Assembly: GCA_963667845.2 (NCBI GenBank)
Contig: CAXXVL010000002.1
Location: 3,104,001-3,168,000, forward strand
From: Smithellaceae bacterium
Lineage (GTDB): Bacteria; Desulfobacterota; Syntrophia; Syntrophales; Smithellaceae
Reading direction: 5' to 3'
DNA length: 64,000 nt
The notes beneath the pieces are model-generated. The model made no database searches. It worked only from the letters and a program-made list of their open reading frames with translations, and was not told the origin of the DNA. Positions 27,910-38,933 of this stretch are shown in pieces; position 1 is the first letter of the stretch, and every line of letters begins with the position of its first letter. The position numbers and the translations under genes were made by a program.

Positions 27910-30375
27910 ATGGAGTCATTTAAGAGCAGCCTGCTGAAGATTGAACAGCCTCTTAATTTTGCAGCAAAAGATGATTTTAAGAATCTCTCTCACATCAAAG
28001 ATCTGGGAAGATCAATGACGGGACTGATCACTCATCAGATCACGGCGATCCCTCCAGATGCGAAGAATAGTTTTGAACTTCCCCTGGACAACATGGTGCG
28101 TATTTTTTCTGATTACGACGAAAAGGATCCAGCGGCAAAAAAATCCAAAATTGTGGAAGCAGCGCTCATTCTCGAGAGGATAAAAAAGACCATTGATATC
28201 CTCGACGCCCGCAAGCCTATGTCCCCAAAACAGGAAGATCAAATTGCCGAACGAATTTCTGACTTGACCGTTTCGCGGGAAAAACTCGCACAGCCCGTTC
28301 AGTTTCTGAAGGGCGTCGGTCCCAAAATGGCAGCCCGGTTTGCCGCCAAAAAAATCAACACGGTCGAAGATCTGCTTTTTTTTCTTCCCCGCACATACGA
28401 AGACCGTCGTGAAATTCGCAAAATAAACAAACTTGAAACGGGAAAGAGTCAGACCGTCATGGCGACGGTTGTTCAAAGTGAATTAAGATATTACGGCAAA
28501 AGACGAATCCTGGAAGTCACTGTCAGTGACCACACGTCCACGCTCACCGCCAAATGGTTTAAGGGACAAATGTCCTATCTTACGGGCACCTTTAAAAAAG
28601 GAGCCCGGGTCATCTTCACGGGGAATGTCACTCCTAACTATGCCGTCAAAACGATGATTCATCCCGACTACGAGATCCTCGATGAAGAAGATGAAGAGAA
28701 TCTTCTGAACTTCAAACGCATCGTACCTGTCTATTCGGAGACGGAAGGCCTGCACCAGAAGTATATCCGTAAAGTCATACATTCGGCTCTGGAATATTAT
28801 TCGCGCTACATCGCATCGCCGATTCCCGCCGAGATTTGCCGCAGACGCAACCTGCAAAATATTCATGAAGCGCTTCTCGCGGTTCATTTTCCCGCAAATG
28901 ATGCTCAGATGGAAGCTTTGATTGACGGCCGTTCCGAAGCGCATCGCCGTCTTATCTATGACGAGTTTTTCTTTTTTCAACTGGGAATGGCCATCAAAAA
29001 ATCGGGGCGTGTCCTGGACAAGGGCATTGCGTTTTCCGTCAACGGAAGTCTGCGGCAGAGATTTTATGCTTCATTGCCTTTCACATTGACCGGAGCTCAG
29101 GCGCGGGTTATCGGCGAGATTCAAAACGATCTTCAGACAGCGACCGCGATGAACAGACTGCTGCAGGGTGATGTCGGCAGCGGAAAAACACTGGTCGCCA
29201 TGGCATCCATGATTACCGTTTGTGAAAATCGTTACCAGGCCGCGTTGATGGTGCCGACGGAAATACTGGCCAAACAGCACTTTGCTACGCTGTCCGCATG
29301 GGCCGGACCCATCGGCCTTCGCGTCGTTTTGCTGACGGGCAATATGTCGAATGCAGCCCGTAACGAGGTGCTCGAACAAATCAAATCCGGTCAAGCCAAT
29401 ATTATCGTTGGAACGCATGCCCTGATTCAGGAGGATGTTGATTTTAAAAAACTGGGGTTAGTTGTCATCGACGAACAACACCGCTTCGGCGTTCTGCAGC
29501 GGGCAACCTTGAGAACCAAAGGCATTCGCGCTGACGTTTTGGTTATGACGGCTACGCCCATTCCCCGGACGCTCGCCATGACGGTTTACGGCGATCTGGA
29601 CGTTTCCGTAATCGATGAATTGCCGCCGGGCAAAAAGCCGGTGCGGACGATTTTGATGGGCGAAAACAAAAGGCAGACGGTTTACGAAACGATTCGTAAG
29701 GAACTGGCCAAAGGTCATCAGGCATTTATTGTGTATCCTCTGGTGGAGCAGTCGGAGAACCTGGATTTAAAAGACGCGACAAAGATGGCAGGCCATCTTC
29801 AAAAAGATATCTTTCCGGAGTGCCGGATAGGCCTTATTCACGGCAAGATGAAAGATAAAGAAAAAGATGAAGTCATGCGTGATTTCTTAGACCATAAAAT
29901 CTCCATTCTGGTCGCCACGACCGTAATCGAAGTCGGTATTGATGTGCCGCGTGCGTCACTGATGGTGATCGAACACGCAGAGCGTTTCGGCCTGTCGCAA
30001 TTGCATCAACTCCGCGGCCGCGTGGGAAGGCGCGACATCCAGTCTAGCTGCATCCTGCTCGCTGATTACAAGGTGTCGGCGGATGCACGGCAGAGATTGA
30101 AAGTGATGGAAAAGACGACTGATGGCTTTGCGCTGGCGGAAGAAGATCTGGCTATACGGGGTCCCGGAGATTTTCTGGGAACAAGACAATCCGGTCTTCC
30201 GGATTTCCGGATCGCCAGCATCATCCGTGATGCCCGTATCTTGAACGATGCCAAGGAAGATGCTTTTGCACTGGCAGCCCGTGATCCGTTCCTCACAAAA
30301 CCGGAACATGCCATCCTCAAAGAGGCGTTGATTGCCCGCTGGCAGGGCAAACTGGACTTGGCCAGGACCGGATAG
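27910..30375 (+). CDS. recG: ATP-dependent DNA helicase RecG
   Basis: LQGDVGSGKT, DEQHRFG, MTATPIPRT, QLRGRVGR, RGPGDFLGTRQSG. Confidence 0.95.
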   Translation: MESFKSSLLKIEQPLNFAAKDDFKNLSHIKDLGRSMTGLITHQITAIPPDAKNSFELPLDNMVRIFSDYDEKDPAAKKSKIVEAALILERIKKTIDILDARKPMSPKQEDQIAERISDLTVSREKLAQPVQFLKGVGPKMAARFAAKKINTVEDLLFFLPRTYEDRREIRKINKLETGKSQTVMATVVQSELRYYGKRRILEVTVSDHTSTLTAKWFKGQMSYLTGTFKKGARVIFTGNVTPNYAVKTMIHPDYEILDEEDEENLLNFKRIVPVYSETEGLHQKYIRKVIHSALEYYSRYIASPIPAEICRRRNLQNIHEALLAVHFPANDAQMEALIDGRSEAHRRLIYDEFFFFQLGMAIKKSGRVLDKGIAFSVNGSLRQRFYASLPFTLTGAQARVIGEIQNDLQTATAMNRLLQGDVGSGKTLVAMASMITVCENRYQAALMVPTEILAKQHFATLSAWAGPIGLRVVLLTGNMSNAARNEVLEQIKSGQANIIVGTHALIQEDVDFKKLGLVVIDEQHRFGVLQRATLRTKGIRADVLVMTATPIPRTLAMTVYGDLDVSVIDELPPGKKPVRTILMGENKRQTVYETIRKELAKGHQAFIVYPLVEQSENLDLKDATKMAGHLQKDIFPECRIGLIHGKMKDKEKDEVMRDFLDHKISILVATTVIEVGIDVPRASLMVIEHAERFGLSQLHQLRGRVGRRDIQSSCILLADYKVSADARQRLKVMEKTTDGFALAEEDLAIRGPGDFLGTRQSGLPDFRIASIIRDARILNDAKEDAFALAARDPFLTKPEHAILKEALIARWQGKLDLARTG

Positions 30376-30571
30376 GGACTGCTGATTATCCGTTACTTCA
30401 TTTTATTGAGTTAGAATTAATAAACGGGATGCGCATTGATCCGAACGACACAACCATTTATTGTGCATCTGCCTATGGTCATCAAATAGCTTTGTGAATC
30501 ATTCGAAATTGATACTTGATCTTTCCGTCAGGTAGTATATGAACTCATCGATGCAAGGGAGAACGCGCAAA

Positions 30572-31489
30572 ATGAGAATTGGGATAATCGGCATCGGAGG
30601 GGTAGGGGGCTATTTTGGCGGGAAACTGGCCGGAGCGTATGCTTCAACCGGCCAACATGAAATTATTTTTTTTGCCCGCGGACAGCATCTCAAATCCATC
30701 CAAGAAAGCGGCCTGCAGTTGCGGGCTCAGGAGGGTAATTATGTTGTTTGGCCGAATATTGCGACAGATGATGCGACTCGAGCCGGCATACTTGATTTAG
30801 TATTCGTTTGTGTCAAAAGTTATTCATTAGAGAGTTCGGCGCTGTCCCTGAAAAAGGATATCGATAAAAACACAGTGGTTATCCCTCTGCTCAATGGCAT
30901 AAACAGTGCCGAAAGATTGCGCGCCATATTGCCCGAGGCCGCTATTGTGAGCGGCAGCGTCTATATCATCAGCCACCTCGAAAAGCCGGGGGTTGTCCAT
31001 CAGGAGGGCGGCGCATGTCGGCTTGTTTTCGGCACAGATGATCCGGAATCGGCGTTAACCTATTCCAATATATTGAATATTTTAAAACGCGCCAAAATCG
31101 ATGCCATCCTGACAGACAAGATCTCAGAAGCCTTGTGGACAAAATATCTGCTGATGTGTCCGCTTGCGTCTCTCACATCGGCCACCGGCAAAACATACGG
31201 TGCGATATTAGACGATCCGGAACTTCGAGAGAGGGCAAGGAACATGATGCAGGAAGTCGCCCAAGTGGCCAGAGCGCGCCATATTTTGTTGTCGGAAGAT
31301 ATCGTGGACAGGACAATGGCGATGATTGCCCGTTTCGGTTACGATTCCAAAACATCAATGCAACTCGATAGAGAAAGAGGCAGTCAGACCGAAATAGATG
31401 CTCTGACCGGTTTCCTTTGCCGGGCCGGTCGCGAATCGGAGATTCCCACCCCCTTGCATGACGAAGTGTTAAGGCAGTTGGCTGGCTGA
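30572..31489 (+). CDS. panE: 2-dehydropantoate 2-reductase
   Basis: GIGGVGGYFG, CVKSY, LNG, TSMQLD, TEID. Confidence 0.85.
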   Translation: MRIGIIGIGGVGGYFGGKLAGAYASTGQHEIIFFARGQHLKSIQESGLQLRAQEGNYVVWPNIATDDATRAGILDLVFVCVKSYSLESSALSLKKDIDKNTVVIPLLNGINSAERLRAILPEAAIVSGSVYIISHLEKPGVVHQEGGACRLVFGTDDPESALTYSNILNILKRAKIDAILTDKISEALWTKYLLMCPLASLTSATGKTYGAILDDPELRERARNMMQEVAQVARARHILLSEDIVDRTMAMIARFGYDSKTSMQLDRERGSQTEIDALTGFLCRAGRESEIPTPLHDEVLRQLAG

Positions 31490-31660
31490 CAGATCCCTCC
31501 CTATCTGCCTGGTCATGGTTGCCATGAATCTGATTAACGTCCAAAAAAGAATCATATCTATTTGACAAAACAACGGGATTTGTTATAGGTATCAGCACTT
31601 GAAATGGCGCTGCCAGGTATATATTGCGCCGTTTTTGATTGATTACTAAAGGTGGGATAA

Positions 31661-32968
31661 ATGAAAAATATTTCTATCGGCTTGATTGGCTTCGGCAATA
31701 TCGGAACCGGCGTTGTTAAATTACTGCAACAAAATGAAAAACTCATTACCCAGAAGCTCGGGGCAAAGCTTGTTTTAAAGAAAATTGCCGACATCAATAT
31801 CACGTCATCCCGTGGCGTCAAAGTTCCTCCAAACACATTGACCACCAATGCCCAAGACATTCTCAATGATCCGGATATCTCTATTGTGATTGAGTTGATG
31901 GGCGGTTATGAACCGGCACGGACTTTTGTATTGGACGCCATAAAAAAGGGCAAACATGTTGTGACTGCCAACAAAGCGATGCTGGCAACTTACGGAAATG
32001 AAATCTTTCCCGCCGCCCAGAAAGAAGGTGTGGACATCGGATTTGAAGCCAGCGTCGGCGGAACAATCCCAATCATTAAAACACTGAAAGAATCACTGGT
32101 GGCCAATAAAATCAATTCTATTGTCGGTATCATGAATGGCACCTGTAATTTTATTCTGACGAAAATGACCGACGAGGGGAAACCCTTCGATATGGTCCTG
32201 AAAGAAGCGCAGCAACTGGGCTTTGCTGAAGCCGATCCGACTTTTGACATTGAAGGCATTGATACCTCTCACAAAATGGCGATTGTTCTTTCACTGGCTT
32301 ACGGGCGAAAAGTCAATCTCAAGGAAATTTATCTGGAAGGCATCACAAAAATAAGCAGCGAGGATATCGCCTTTGCTAAAGAACTGGGGTATCGAATCAA
32401 ATTACTGGCGATCGGCATGCTCAAAGGCGATGCTGTGGAGGCCAGAATTCATCCGACCATGATCGCATCAGGACACCTGCTGGCAAATGTCAACCGGAAT
32501 TATAATGCCTTTCACCTGGTGGGTGACGCTTCCGGCCCCGTCTTCCTTTTCGGTCAAGGCGCCGGCATGATGCCGACAGCCAGCGCTGTGTTCAGCGATA
32601 TTCTGGACAGTGCACGCAATGTGATGAAGGGCATTTCCGGTCGGGTACCCCTCAGATCAATTACCGAAACAGGGATGAAGACTATCAAGCTGATCCCGAT
32701 GGACAATATTGAGACAAAGTATTATTTCCGATTTTCCGTTCTGGATCGCCCCGGTGTGTTGTCCAAAATATCGGGCATTCTCGGTGAACATAATATCAGC
32801 CTGGCAACGGTTATTCAGAAAGCCCGAGGGGAAGCGGGTCCCGTTCCAATTGTTATGACGACCTATAAAGCAAAAGAAAAAGATGTGCGTCAGGCATTGA
32901 AGAAGATAGACAAACTGAACATCGTCAGGGGTAAAACCATTTTTATTCGCATTGAAGATGAATTATAA
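31661..32968 (+). CDS. hom: Homoserine dehydrogenase with C-terminal ACT domain
   Basis: GFGNIG, VTANKA, FEASVGG, NGTCN, EADPTFD, GAG..PTA, DRPGVL. Confidence 0.95.
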   Translation: MKNISIGLIGFGNIGTGVVKLLQQNEKLITQKLGAKLVLKKIADINITSSRGVKVPPNTLTTNAQDILNDPDISIVIELMGGYEPARTFVLDAIKKGKHVVTANKAMLATYGNEIFPAAQKEGVDIGFEASVGGTIPIIKTLKESLVANKINSIVGIMNGTCNFILTKMTDEGKPFDMVLKEAQQLGFAEADPTFDIEGIDTSHKMAIVLSLAYGRKVNLKEIYLEGITKISSEDIAFAKELGYRIKLLAIGMLKGDAVEARIHPTMIASGHLLANVNRNYNAFHLVGDASGPVFLFGQGAGMMPTASAVFSDILDSARNVMKGISGRVPLRSITETGMKTIKLIPMDNIETKYYFRFSVLDRPGVLSKISGILGEHNISLATVIQKARGEAGPVPIVMTTYKAKEKDVRQALKKIDKLNIVRGKTIFIRIEDEL

Positions 32969-32986
32969 CAGACAGAAGGTCAAATA

Positions 32987-34213
32987 ATGAAATATGTTGT
33001 ATTGCTGGGCGACGGCATGGCGGATTATCCGTGCCAAAAACTCGGAGGGAAAACACCTCTCGAGTGTGCCTTGACTCCTTTTCTCGATCAGATAGCGGCA
33101 GAAGGCACTCTGGGATTGGTTGATACCATCCCCAAGGGATTTACCCCGGGATCTGATGTGGCCAACCTCAGTGTACTGGGATATAATCCGGAAGAGACTT
33201 ATACCGGACGCGGCCCTCTTGAAGCCGCCAGCATGGGCATCAACCTCGCACCTGATGACGTCGCCTACCGCTGTAATCTCGTGACGATCGGCGAAAAGGA
33301 TACCGAACAGGCTTATATGGATGACTTTACCGCCGGGCATATTTCCTCGTCCGAAGCCAGAGAAATCATCCTGGATATCAATAGACACCTCAACTCGTCG
33401 CAATATCGATTTTATCCTGGGGTCGGTTATCGCCACCTGCTGGTTTGGCACAATGCTGCCGGATCTCCGCAGACAACACCACCTCATGACATTCCCGGTA
33501 TGGCTATTGCGCAGTACCTTCCGCAGGGAGAATGCGCAGAAGATATCAATGAACTGATGAGGAAGGCGGCAGACGTTTTAAAAGATCACCCGACCAATGC
33601 CCGGCGTCTGGATGACGGGAAGAAGCCGGCCAATTCCATTTGGCTCTGGGGGCAGGGTAAGAAACCGCAGATGATTCCGCTTACCCGGAAATATGATTTC
33701 AAAGGCGGCATGATTTCAGCTGTTGATCTATTGAATGGCCTCGGAATTAATGCAGGATTAAAACCTCTGCATGTGGAAGGGGCTACAGGCTATATCGACA
33801 CCAACTTTGAGGGCAAGGCTCGCATGGCTCTCGATGCCCTGAAGTTCATGGATTTTGTTTTCCTTCATCTCGAAGCTCCCGATGAAATGGGTCATGAAGG
33901 CAATGCCCCTGGTAAGATACAGGCTATCGAATCTTTCGATGAAAAAATTGTTGGTCCGATATTGAACAACATCGGCAGACTGGGTGAATATCGCATTCTC
34001 GTTTTAAGCGATCATCCAACCCCTCTGGATTTGAAGACTCATGTCGGTGACCCGAGCCCCTTTGCCGTCATCTCATCACGCAATGAGGAAAACCGGGCGG
34101 CGGGCAGTCGCTTTACGGAAAGCGCCGCCAGGGAAAGTGGTATTCTTGTATCTCCCGGCTATCTGCTGATGGAAAAATTTATCAGGGATTGGAGCACAGC
34201 CATTGGTCAGTAA
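32987..34213 (+). CDS. apgM: ApgM-like phosphoglycerate mutase / proposed homoserine kinase family
   Basis: GDGMAD, PGSDVAN, GRGPLEA, EAPDEMGH, SDHPTP, THV. Confidence 0.85.
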   Translation: MKYVVLLGDGMADYPCQKLGGKTPLECALTPFLDQIAAEGTLGLVDTIPKGFTPGSDVANLSVLGYNPEETYTGRGPLEAASMGINLAPDDVAYRCNLVTIGEKDTEQAYMDDFTAGHISSSEAREIILDINRHLNSSQYRFYPGVGYRHLLVWHNAAGSPQTTPPHDIPGMAIAQYLPQGECAEDINELMRKAADVLKDHPTNARRLDDGKKPANSIWLWGQGKKPQMIPLTRKYDFKGGMISAVDLLNGLGINAGLKPLHVEGATGYIDTNFEGKARMALDALKFMDFVFLHLEAPDEMGHEGNAPGKIQAIESFDEKIVGPILNNIGRLGEYRILVLSDHPTPLDLKTHVGDPSPFAVISSRNEENRAAGSRFTESAARESGILVSPGYLLMEKFIRDWSTAIGQ

Positions 34214-34622
34214 TTTCACCAAAGTCCGTGTGATTTATGCCGATACGGACGCAATGGGCATCGTCTACCACACCAATTATATTCGCTGGTTTGAGATGGG
34301 ACGCAATGAGATAATGCGACAGCTGGGCGTCTCCTACTCCGAATTAGAAAAACTCGGCCTTAACCTGCCTTTGACAAAAGTATCCTGTCACTACCTGGCG
34401 CCCGCGAAGTACGACGATCTGATAACGATCGAAACGAAATTCGATTACATCAAACGAGCGAGCATCAGGTTTAATTCCAAAATATGGACTGAAAATCAGG
34501 AAAAAATTCTTGTGGAGGGCTACACCATTCATGCCTGCACGAATAACGAAGGGAAGATCCGTCGAATACCCAAATTGCTTCTGGAACTAACTGAAAAATA
34601 TAATATCAATAAAGGGGAATAA
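34203..34622 (+). CDS. YbgC/FcbC-family acyl-CoA thioesterase
   Basis: VIYADTDAMGIVYHTNYIRWFEMGR. Confidence 0.85.
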   Translation: MVSNFTKVRVIYADTDAMGIVYHTNYIRWFEMGRNEIMRQLGVSYSELEKLGLNLPLTKVSCHYLAPAKYDDLITIETKFDYIKRASIRFNSKIWTENQEKILVEGYTIHACTNNEGKIRRIPKLLLELTEKYNINKGE

Positions 34623-34623
34623 T

Positions 34624-35304
34624 ATGGCTGCAAAGTTATCCAAAAAAGAACTGAAAAGTCCCGATGCCTTTCAAACGACATTCGAAAAAGTGGGCGATTA
34701 TGTTTCGGAGAACCGAACTCGCGTGACGATTATCGGTATAGCATTGATCTGCGCAGTGGCAATTGCTTCCGGGATCTATTTCTACTGGAGCTATTATTCG
34801 GGATCTGCCTTAAAATTATATGCCACCGCTCAGAGCAACATTTTAAAAAGCGGCGAAAACAGAGAATCGACGGATGAAAATATTGCGATATTTAAAGAGC
34901 TGATTGACAAGTATCCCCATAGCTGGAGCGCTCGATTAGCTTATTACCATTTGGGGAACATTTATTACAACAGAGGTGAAATCGACAAAGCGATCCATTC
35001 TTATGAAAAATTTATTTTACAAACGGGAACAGACAAAACAGGGATCAAATTTCTTGCTTTAACTTCCTTGGGATATGCGTATGAAGCGAAAAAAGATTTT
35101 AAGGATGCTTTGAAATACTTTGAAGAGGCGCAAAACGTTTACAATACGGGCTTCGAAATGATCGGACTTCGCAATATCGCTCGGGCTTATGAAGAATTGA
35201 ATAACAAGGAAAAGGCGCTCGAATACTACAAGAAAGCGCTGGATAAAACAACGGATTCAGCTGCGAGTATTTTTCTCAAAAGAAAGATAGCAACACTGGG
35301 CTGA
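34624..35304 (+). CDS. Membrane-anchored TPR protein (YfgM-like)
   Basis: KKELKSPDAF, a single TM helix, TPR repeats. Confidence 0.75.
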   Translation: MAAKLSKKELKSPDAFQTTFEKVGDYVSENRTRVTIIGIALICAVAIASGIYFYWSYYSGSALKLYATAQSNILKSGENRESTDENIAIFKELIDKYPHSWSARLAYYHLGNIYYNRGEIDKAIHSYEKFILQTGTDKTGIKFLALTSLGYAYEAKKDFKDALKYFEEAQNVYNTGFEMIGLRNIARAYEELNNKEKALEYYKKALDKTTDSAASIFLKRKIATLG

Positions 35305-35443
35305 TTTATGCGCTTCTCCCTTGAGAAAATGATACCTGGCAGCAAAAAGGAAGCGATACAGATACTGACCTTGTCGCGTATCATAAGAATGAAATACCTA
35401 TTATAGCGGGAGAGCGTTTGCAAATATTTGGAGGCACAAGCAT

Positions 35444-37231
35444 TTGAAAAAGCAATTAATGTCAGGTAATGAAGCCATCGCCCGCGGTGTCTTTGAAGCA
35501 GGCGTGAGATTTGCGGCAGCTTATCCAGGTACACCCAGCACAGAGATCATGGAGGAGTATGCAAAGCATCCCGGCGTTTATGCGGAGTGGGCGCCTAATG
35601 AAAAAGTCGCCGTGGAGGTAGCTATCGGTGCGGCATTGGGCGGTGTCAGGGCGCTAGCCGTGATGAAGCATGTTGGCGTGAATGTCGCCGCCGACCCGAT
35701 TTTTACCGTAAGCTACACAGGCATTGAAGGAGCCCTCGTCATCATCAGCGCAGACGATCCTTCCATGCATAGTTCCCAAAATGAACAGGATAACCGTAAT
35801 TACGCCAAGTTTGCCAAGATACCGATGCTGGAACCCGCTGATCCCCAAGAAGCCAAGGAGTATATAAAGTTGGCGTTTCAAATCAGCGAACAATTTGATA
35901 CTCCCGTTTTCTTTCGCACAACAACCCGCGTTTCGCATTCTAAATCCGTCGTAACCCTGAACGACCCTTTACCATTGGAAGACAAGACAACGCTGACGCC
36001 CAATGCCGGAAAATACGTCATGGTTCCTATCAACGCTCGGACAAGGCGAATTGAGGTAGAAAAACGTCAAATCGCTCTTAAAGAGTTCGTAGAAACTTTT
36101 TCTGAAAATAGAATGGAGATCAACGATCAGGAAGTAGGCATTATTACGGCAGGAATGCCATATAATTATTCAAAGGATGTTTTTCCGAATTTTTCCTACC
36201 TGAAACTGGGTATGGTTTACCCACTGCCTGAAAAATTGATTCGTGATTTCGCATCAAAAGTCAAAAAAATCTATGTCGTGGAAGAACTTGATCCATACCT
36301 TGAAGAACAAATTAAGGCCATGGGAATCCAGGTGGTTGGCAAGGAAATTTTCCCCTACACCAATGAATTTGATCCCGGGATCATCAAAAACGCAATTAAT
36401 TCGGATTTACACGGCACTGTTTCTCCTTATAAAGGAAGTCTGGCCCATCGTCCGCCAAATCTTTGTCCGGGCTGCCCGCATAGAGCTCTATTTTTTGCGC
36501 TTAAAAAATCAAAAGCTTATGTCCATGGCGATATAGGTTGTTATACTCTCTCTTATTTAAAACCGCTTGAAGGATTGCATTCCTGTATTTGCATGGGTGC
36601 AAGTATCGGCATGGCTCACGGCATGAGCAAGGCCTTAAAAGAGAAAGGGAAGGGCAAGGTCGTAGGTGTAATTGGTGATTCCACATTCCTGCATTCAGGT
36701 ATTACATCACTCCTGAATATGGCCTATAACCAGAGCGATGCCTTGATCATTATTTTAGATAACAGTACAACGGCTATGACCGGTATGCAGGAACACCCGG
36801 GCACCGGCTATACTCTAATGGGAAAAGAAGCTAAGAAAGTTAACTTGACCGTCTTAGTATCAGCTTTAGGAATCGATAATATAAGAGTTATCAATCCATA
36901 CAATATCGAAGAAACTCAAATCGCGATTAAGGAAGAACTGGCCAAGAGCGGTCCATCCGTTATTATTTCTCAGAGTCCATGTGTCCTGTTTAAACGCGCA
37001 AACCGGAAACCCGTTCCTGCAGCGAAAATTGATGCGGACAAATGCGAAGGCTGCAAAATATGCCTGAACTTAAATTGTCCGTCCATTTCATGGAAAGAAG
37101 GCGTCATAAAGGAAGGCTCGAAGCGCAAAGGTATCACGTTTGTCGATGAGACTTTTTGTGTCGGTTGTGGTTTGTGCGCTCAGGTCTGTAAATTTGACGC
37201 GATTAGTTACGGTAAAGGGAAAAACCAATGA
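35444..37231 (+). CDS. iorA: Indolepyruvate/arylpyruvate:ferredoxin oxidoreductase alpha subunit
   Basis: GNEAIARG, YPGTPSTE, NEKVA, MKHVG, SSQNEQD, CPGCPH, GDIGC, GDSTF, two ferredoxin motifs; TTG start with GGAGG RBS. Confidence 0.92.
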   Translation: MKKQLMSGNEAIARGVFEAGVRFAAAYPGTPSTEIMEEYAKHPGVYAEWAPNEKVAVEVAIGAALGGVRALAVMKHVGVNVAADPIFTVSYTGIEGALVIISADDPSMHSSQNEQDNRNYAKFAKIPMLEPADPQEAKEYIKLAFQISEQFDTPVFFRTTTRVSHSKSVVTLNDPLPLEDKTTLTPNAGKYVMVPINARTRRIEVEKRQIALKEFVETFSENRMEINDQEVGIITAGMPYNYSKDVFPNFSYLKLGMVYPLPEKLIRDFASKVKKIYVVEELDPYLEEQIKAMGIQVVGKEIFPYTNEFDPGIIKNAINSDLHGTVSPYKGSLAHRPPNLCPGCPHRALFFALKKSKAYVHGDIGCYTLSYLKPLEGLHSCICMGASIGMAHGMSKALKEKGKGKVVGVIGDSTFLHSGITSLLNMAYNQSDALIIILDNSTTAMTGMQEHPGTGYTLMGKEAKKVNLTVLVSALGIDNIRVINPYNIEETQIAIKEELAKSGPSVIISQSPCVLFKRANRKPVPAAKIDADKCEGCKICLNLNCPSISWKEGVIKEGSKRKGITFVDETFCVGCGLCAQVCKFDAISYGKGKNQ

Positions 37232-37809
37232 CAGATTCAAAAGTACACAACATATTATTCGCCGGTGTCGGCGGTCAGGGCATCTTAAGGGCCAGTGATA
37301 TCATGTGCGAGGTCATGATGGAAGCCGGTTTCGATGTCAAAAAAAGCGAAGTCCACGGCATGGCGCAGCGGGGCGGCTGTGTAAACAGCGACGTGCGTTA
37401 CGGCACGAAAGTCTATTCGCCGTTAGCTGCGGCCGGGAGCGGGGAAATACTTGTTTCGTTTGAAAAGATGGAAACACTGCGTTATCTGAAATTCATAAGA
37501 CAAGACGCATCTATTATACTGAATACTGAAGAAATCTATCCCCCGTCTGTGAATCTGGGTGAATCAGCGTATCCTGATGACGTGATCGAATTTTTAAGAA
37601 AACATTATCCCAAGGTGATCGCATTTAATGCGGCTCAATTGGCTCAAAAGGCGGGCAACATTAAAGCAGCCAATGTTGTCTTGCTGGGCGCCGTAGCTAA
37701 CCTGGTTAAAGTTGATAAATCCATTTGGGAAAGCGTTATTAGAAAGTCCTTCCCGCAAGAGTTAGTAAAATTGAATTTGGATGCTTTTCAATTGGGAATT
37801 ACTGCTTAA
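37228..37809 (+). CDS. iorB: Indolepyruvate oxidoreductase beta subunit
   Basis: GVGGQG, SEVHGMAQRGG, NVVLLG. Confidence 0.92.
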   Translation: MTDSKVHNILFAGVGGQGILRASDIMCEVMMEAGFDVKKSEVHGMAQRGGCVNSDVRYGTKVYSPLAAAGSGEILVSFEKMETLRYLKFIRQDASIILNTEEIYPPSVNLGESAYPDDVIEFLRKHYPKVIAFNAAQLAQKAGNIKAANVVLLGAVANLVKVDKSIWESVIRKSFPQELVKLNLDAFQLGITA

Positions 37810-37849
37810 ATTATCGGAAAGACTTTAACAAAGGGACATTGAAACGATT

Positions 37850-38803
37850 ATGGCGGAAGATTACTACCAAGTCTTAGGAGTTGACAAGAAAGCTACAGCC
37901 GATGAGATCAAAAAGGCATATCGCAAACTGGCTGTAAAATGGCACCCTGACAAAAATCCCAATAATAAAGCGGCCTCAGAAGAAAAATTCAAAAAAATCA
38001 GTGAAGCTTACGCCGTTTTGAGCGATGCGAAAAAGCGGGAAGAATATGACCAGTTTGGTTCAGCTGATCAGTATCGTCAGCAGTATTCGCAGGAAGACAT
38101 TTTCCGGGGTTTCGATCTCGACGAAATTTTACGCGGTTTCGGATTCGGCGGTGCCAGGGGAGGGAGGACGACCTTTCGCACTGGCGGCAGAAAAGGTGGT
38201 GGCGGATATCAGGAGTATGAAGAAGACCCTTTTGCCGGATTATTCGGTGGAGGTGGTCAACAATATGCCAACATGCCGCAAAAAGGTCAGGACGCCGAGT
38301 ATAATCTATCAATATCATTAGAAGAATCTGTTTTGGGAGCCGATAAGAAGATATCGTTGCAACTTGAAAACCGTATTGAAGACATCAATGTCAAGATCCC
38401 CCCGGGCATCAGCACAGGTAAGAAACTCAGACTTCCGGGCAAAGGCCTAAGTGGCTTCAATGGAGGTCCCAATGGAGATCTTTATTTAAATATTAATGTA
38501 TTGCCTCATCCGATTTATTCGCGCGACGGCAATGATCTTTATATCGAGAAGACCATCAAATTTACGCAGGCGGCGCTGGGAACAACGATTGATGTTCCAA
38601 CTCTGGACGGAACCACCAAGCGATTGAAGATTGCTCCGGGTACTCAAAATAATACGAAGATCCGGATGAAAGGGTTCGGTGTTCCCGGTCTCAAAGGGGC
38701 TGTTAAAGGCGATCAATACGTCAAAATAAATGTCGAGATTCCGAAGAAATTGACTGATAAACAAATACAATTAATAGAACAGCTGGCTGCTGATGGAGTT
38801 TGA
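37850..38803 (+). CDS. Class B J-domain protein (DnaJ/CbpA-like, no zinc finger)
   Basis: [13 protein letters not shown]-rich linker, DnaJ C-terminal domain. Confidence 0.9.
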   Translation: MAEDYYQVLGVDKKATADEIKKAYRKLAVKWHPDKNPNNKAASEEKFKKISEAYAVLSDAKKREEYDQFGSADQYRQQYSQEDIFRGFDLDEILRGFGFGGARGGRTTFRTGGRKGGGGYQEYEEDPFAGLFGGGGQQYANMPQKGQDAEYNLSISLEESVLGADKKISLQLENRIEDINVKIPPGISTGKKLRLPGKGLSGFNGGPNGDLYLNINVLPHPIYSRDGNDLYIEKTIKFTQAALGTTIDVPTLDGTTKRLKIAPGTQNNTKIRMKGFGVPGLKGAVKGDQYVKINVEIPKKLTDKQIQLIEQLAADGV

Positions 38804-38933
38804 CTAAGTAGACGTATTGCATTTTTAATTGTATTCCACTTAGGAAAGATGAGATTTAGGCATATTCCTGGTTTATAGATGAACGCATCCTTTTTCATAA
38901 ACCCAACTTCTCTTGTCACGCAAACCATACTTT

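Noticed and set aside
31602..31636. Hairpin with a short T-run upstream of hom as a possible Thr attenuator
   Set aside because: The only short ORF (MALPGIYCAVFD) has no Thr/Ile/Met run, the loop is long, and no alternative structure is evident.
38713..38928. 71-aa minus-strand ORF beside dif
   Set aside because: It overlaps the J-domain gene end, is AT-rich and has no recognisable motif.
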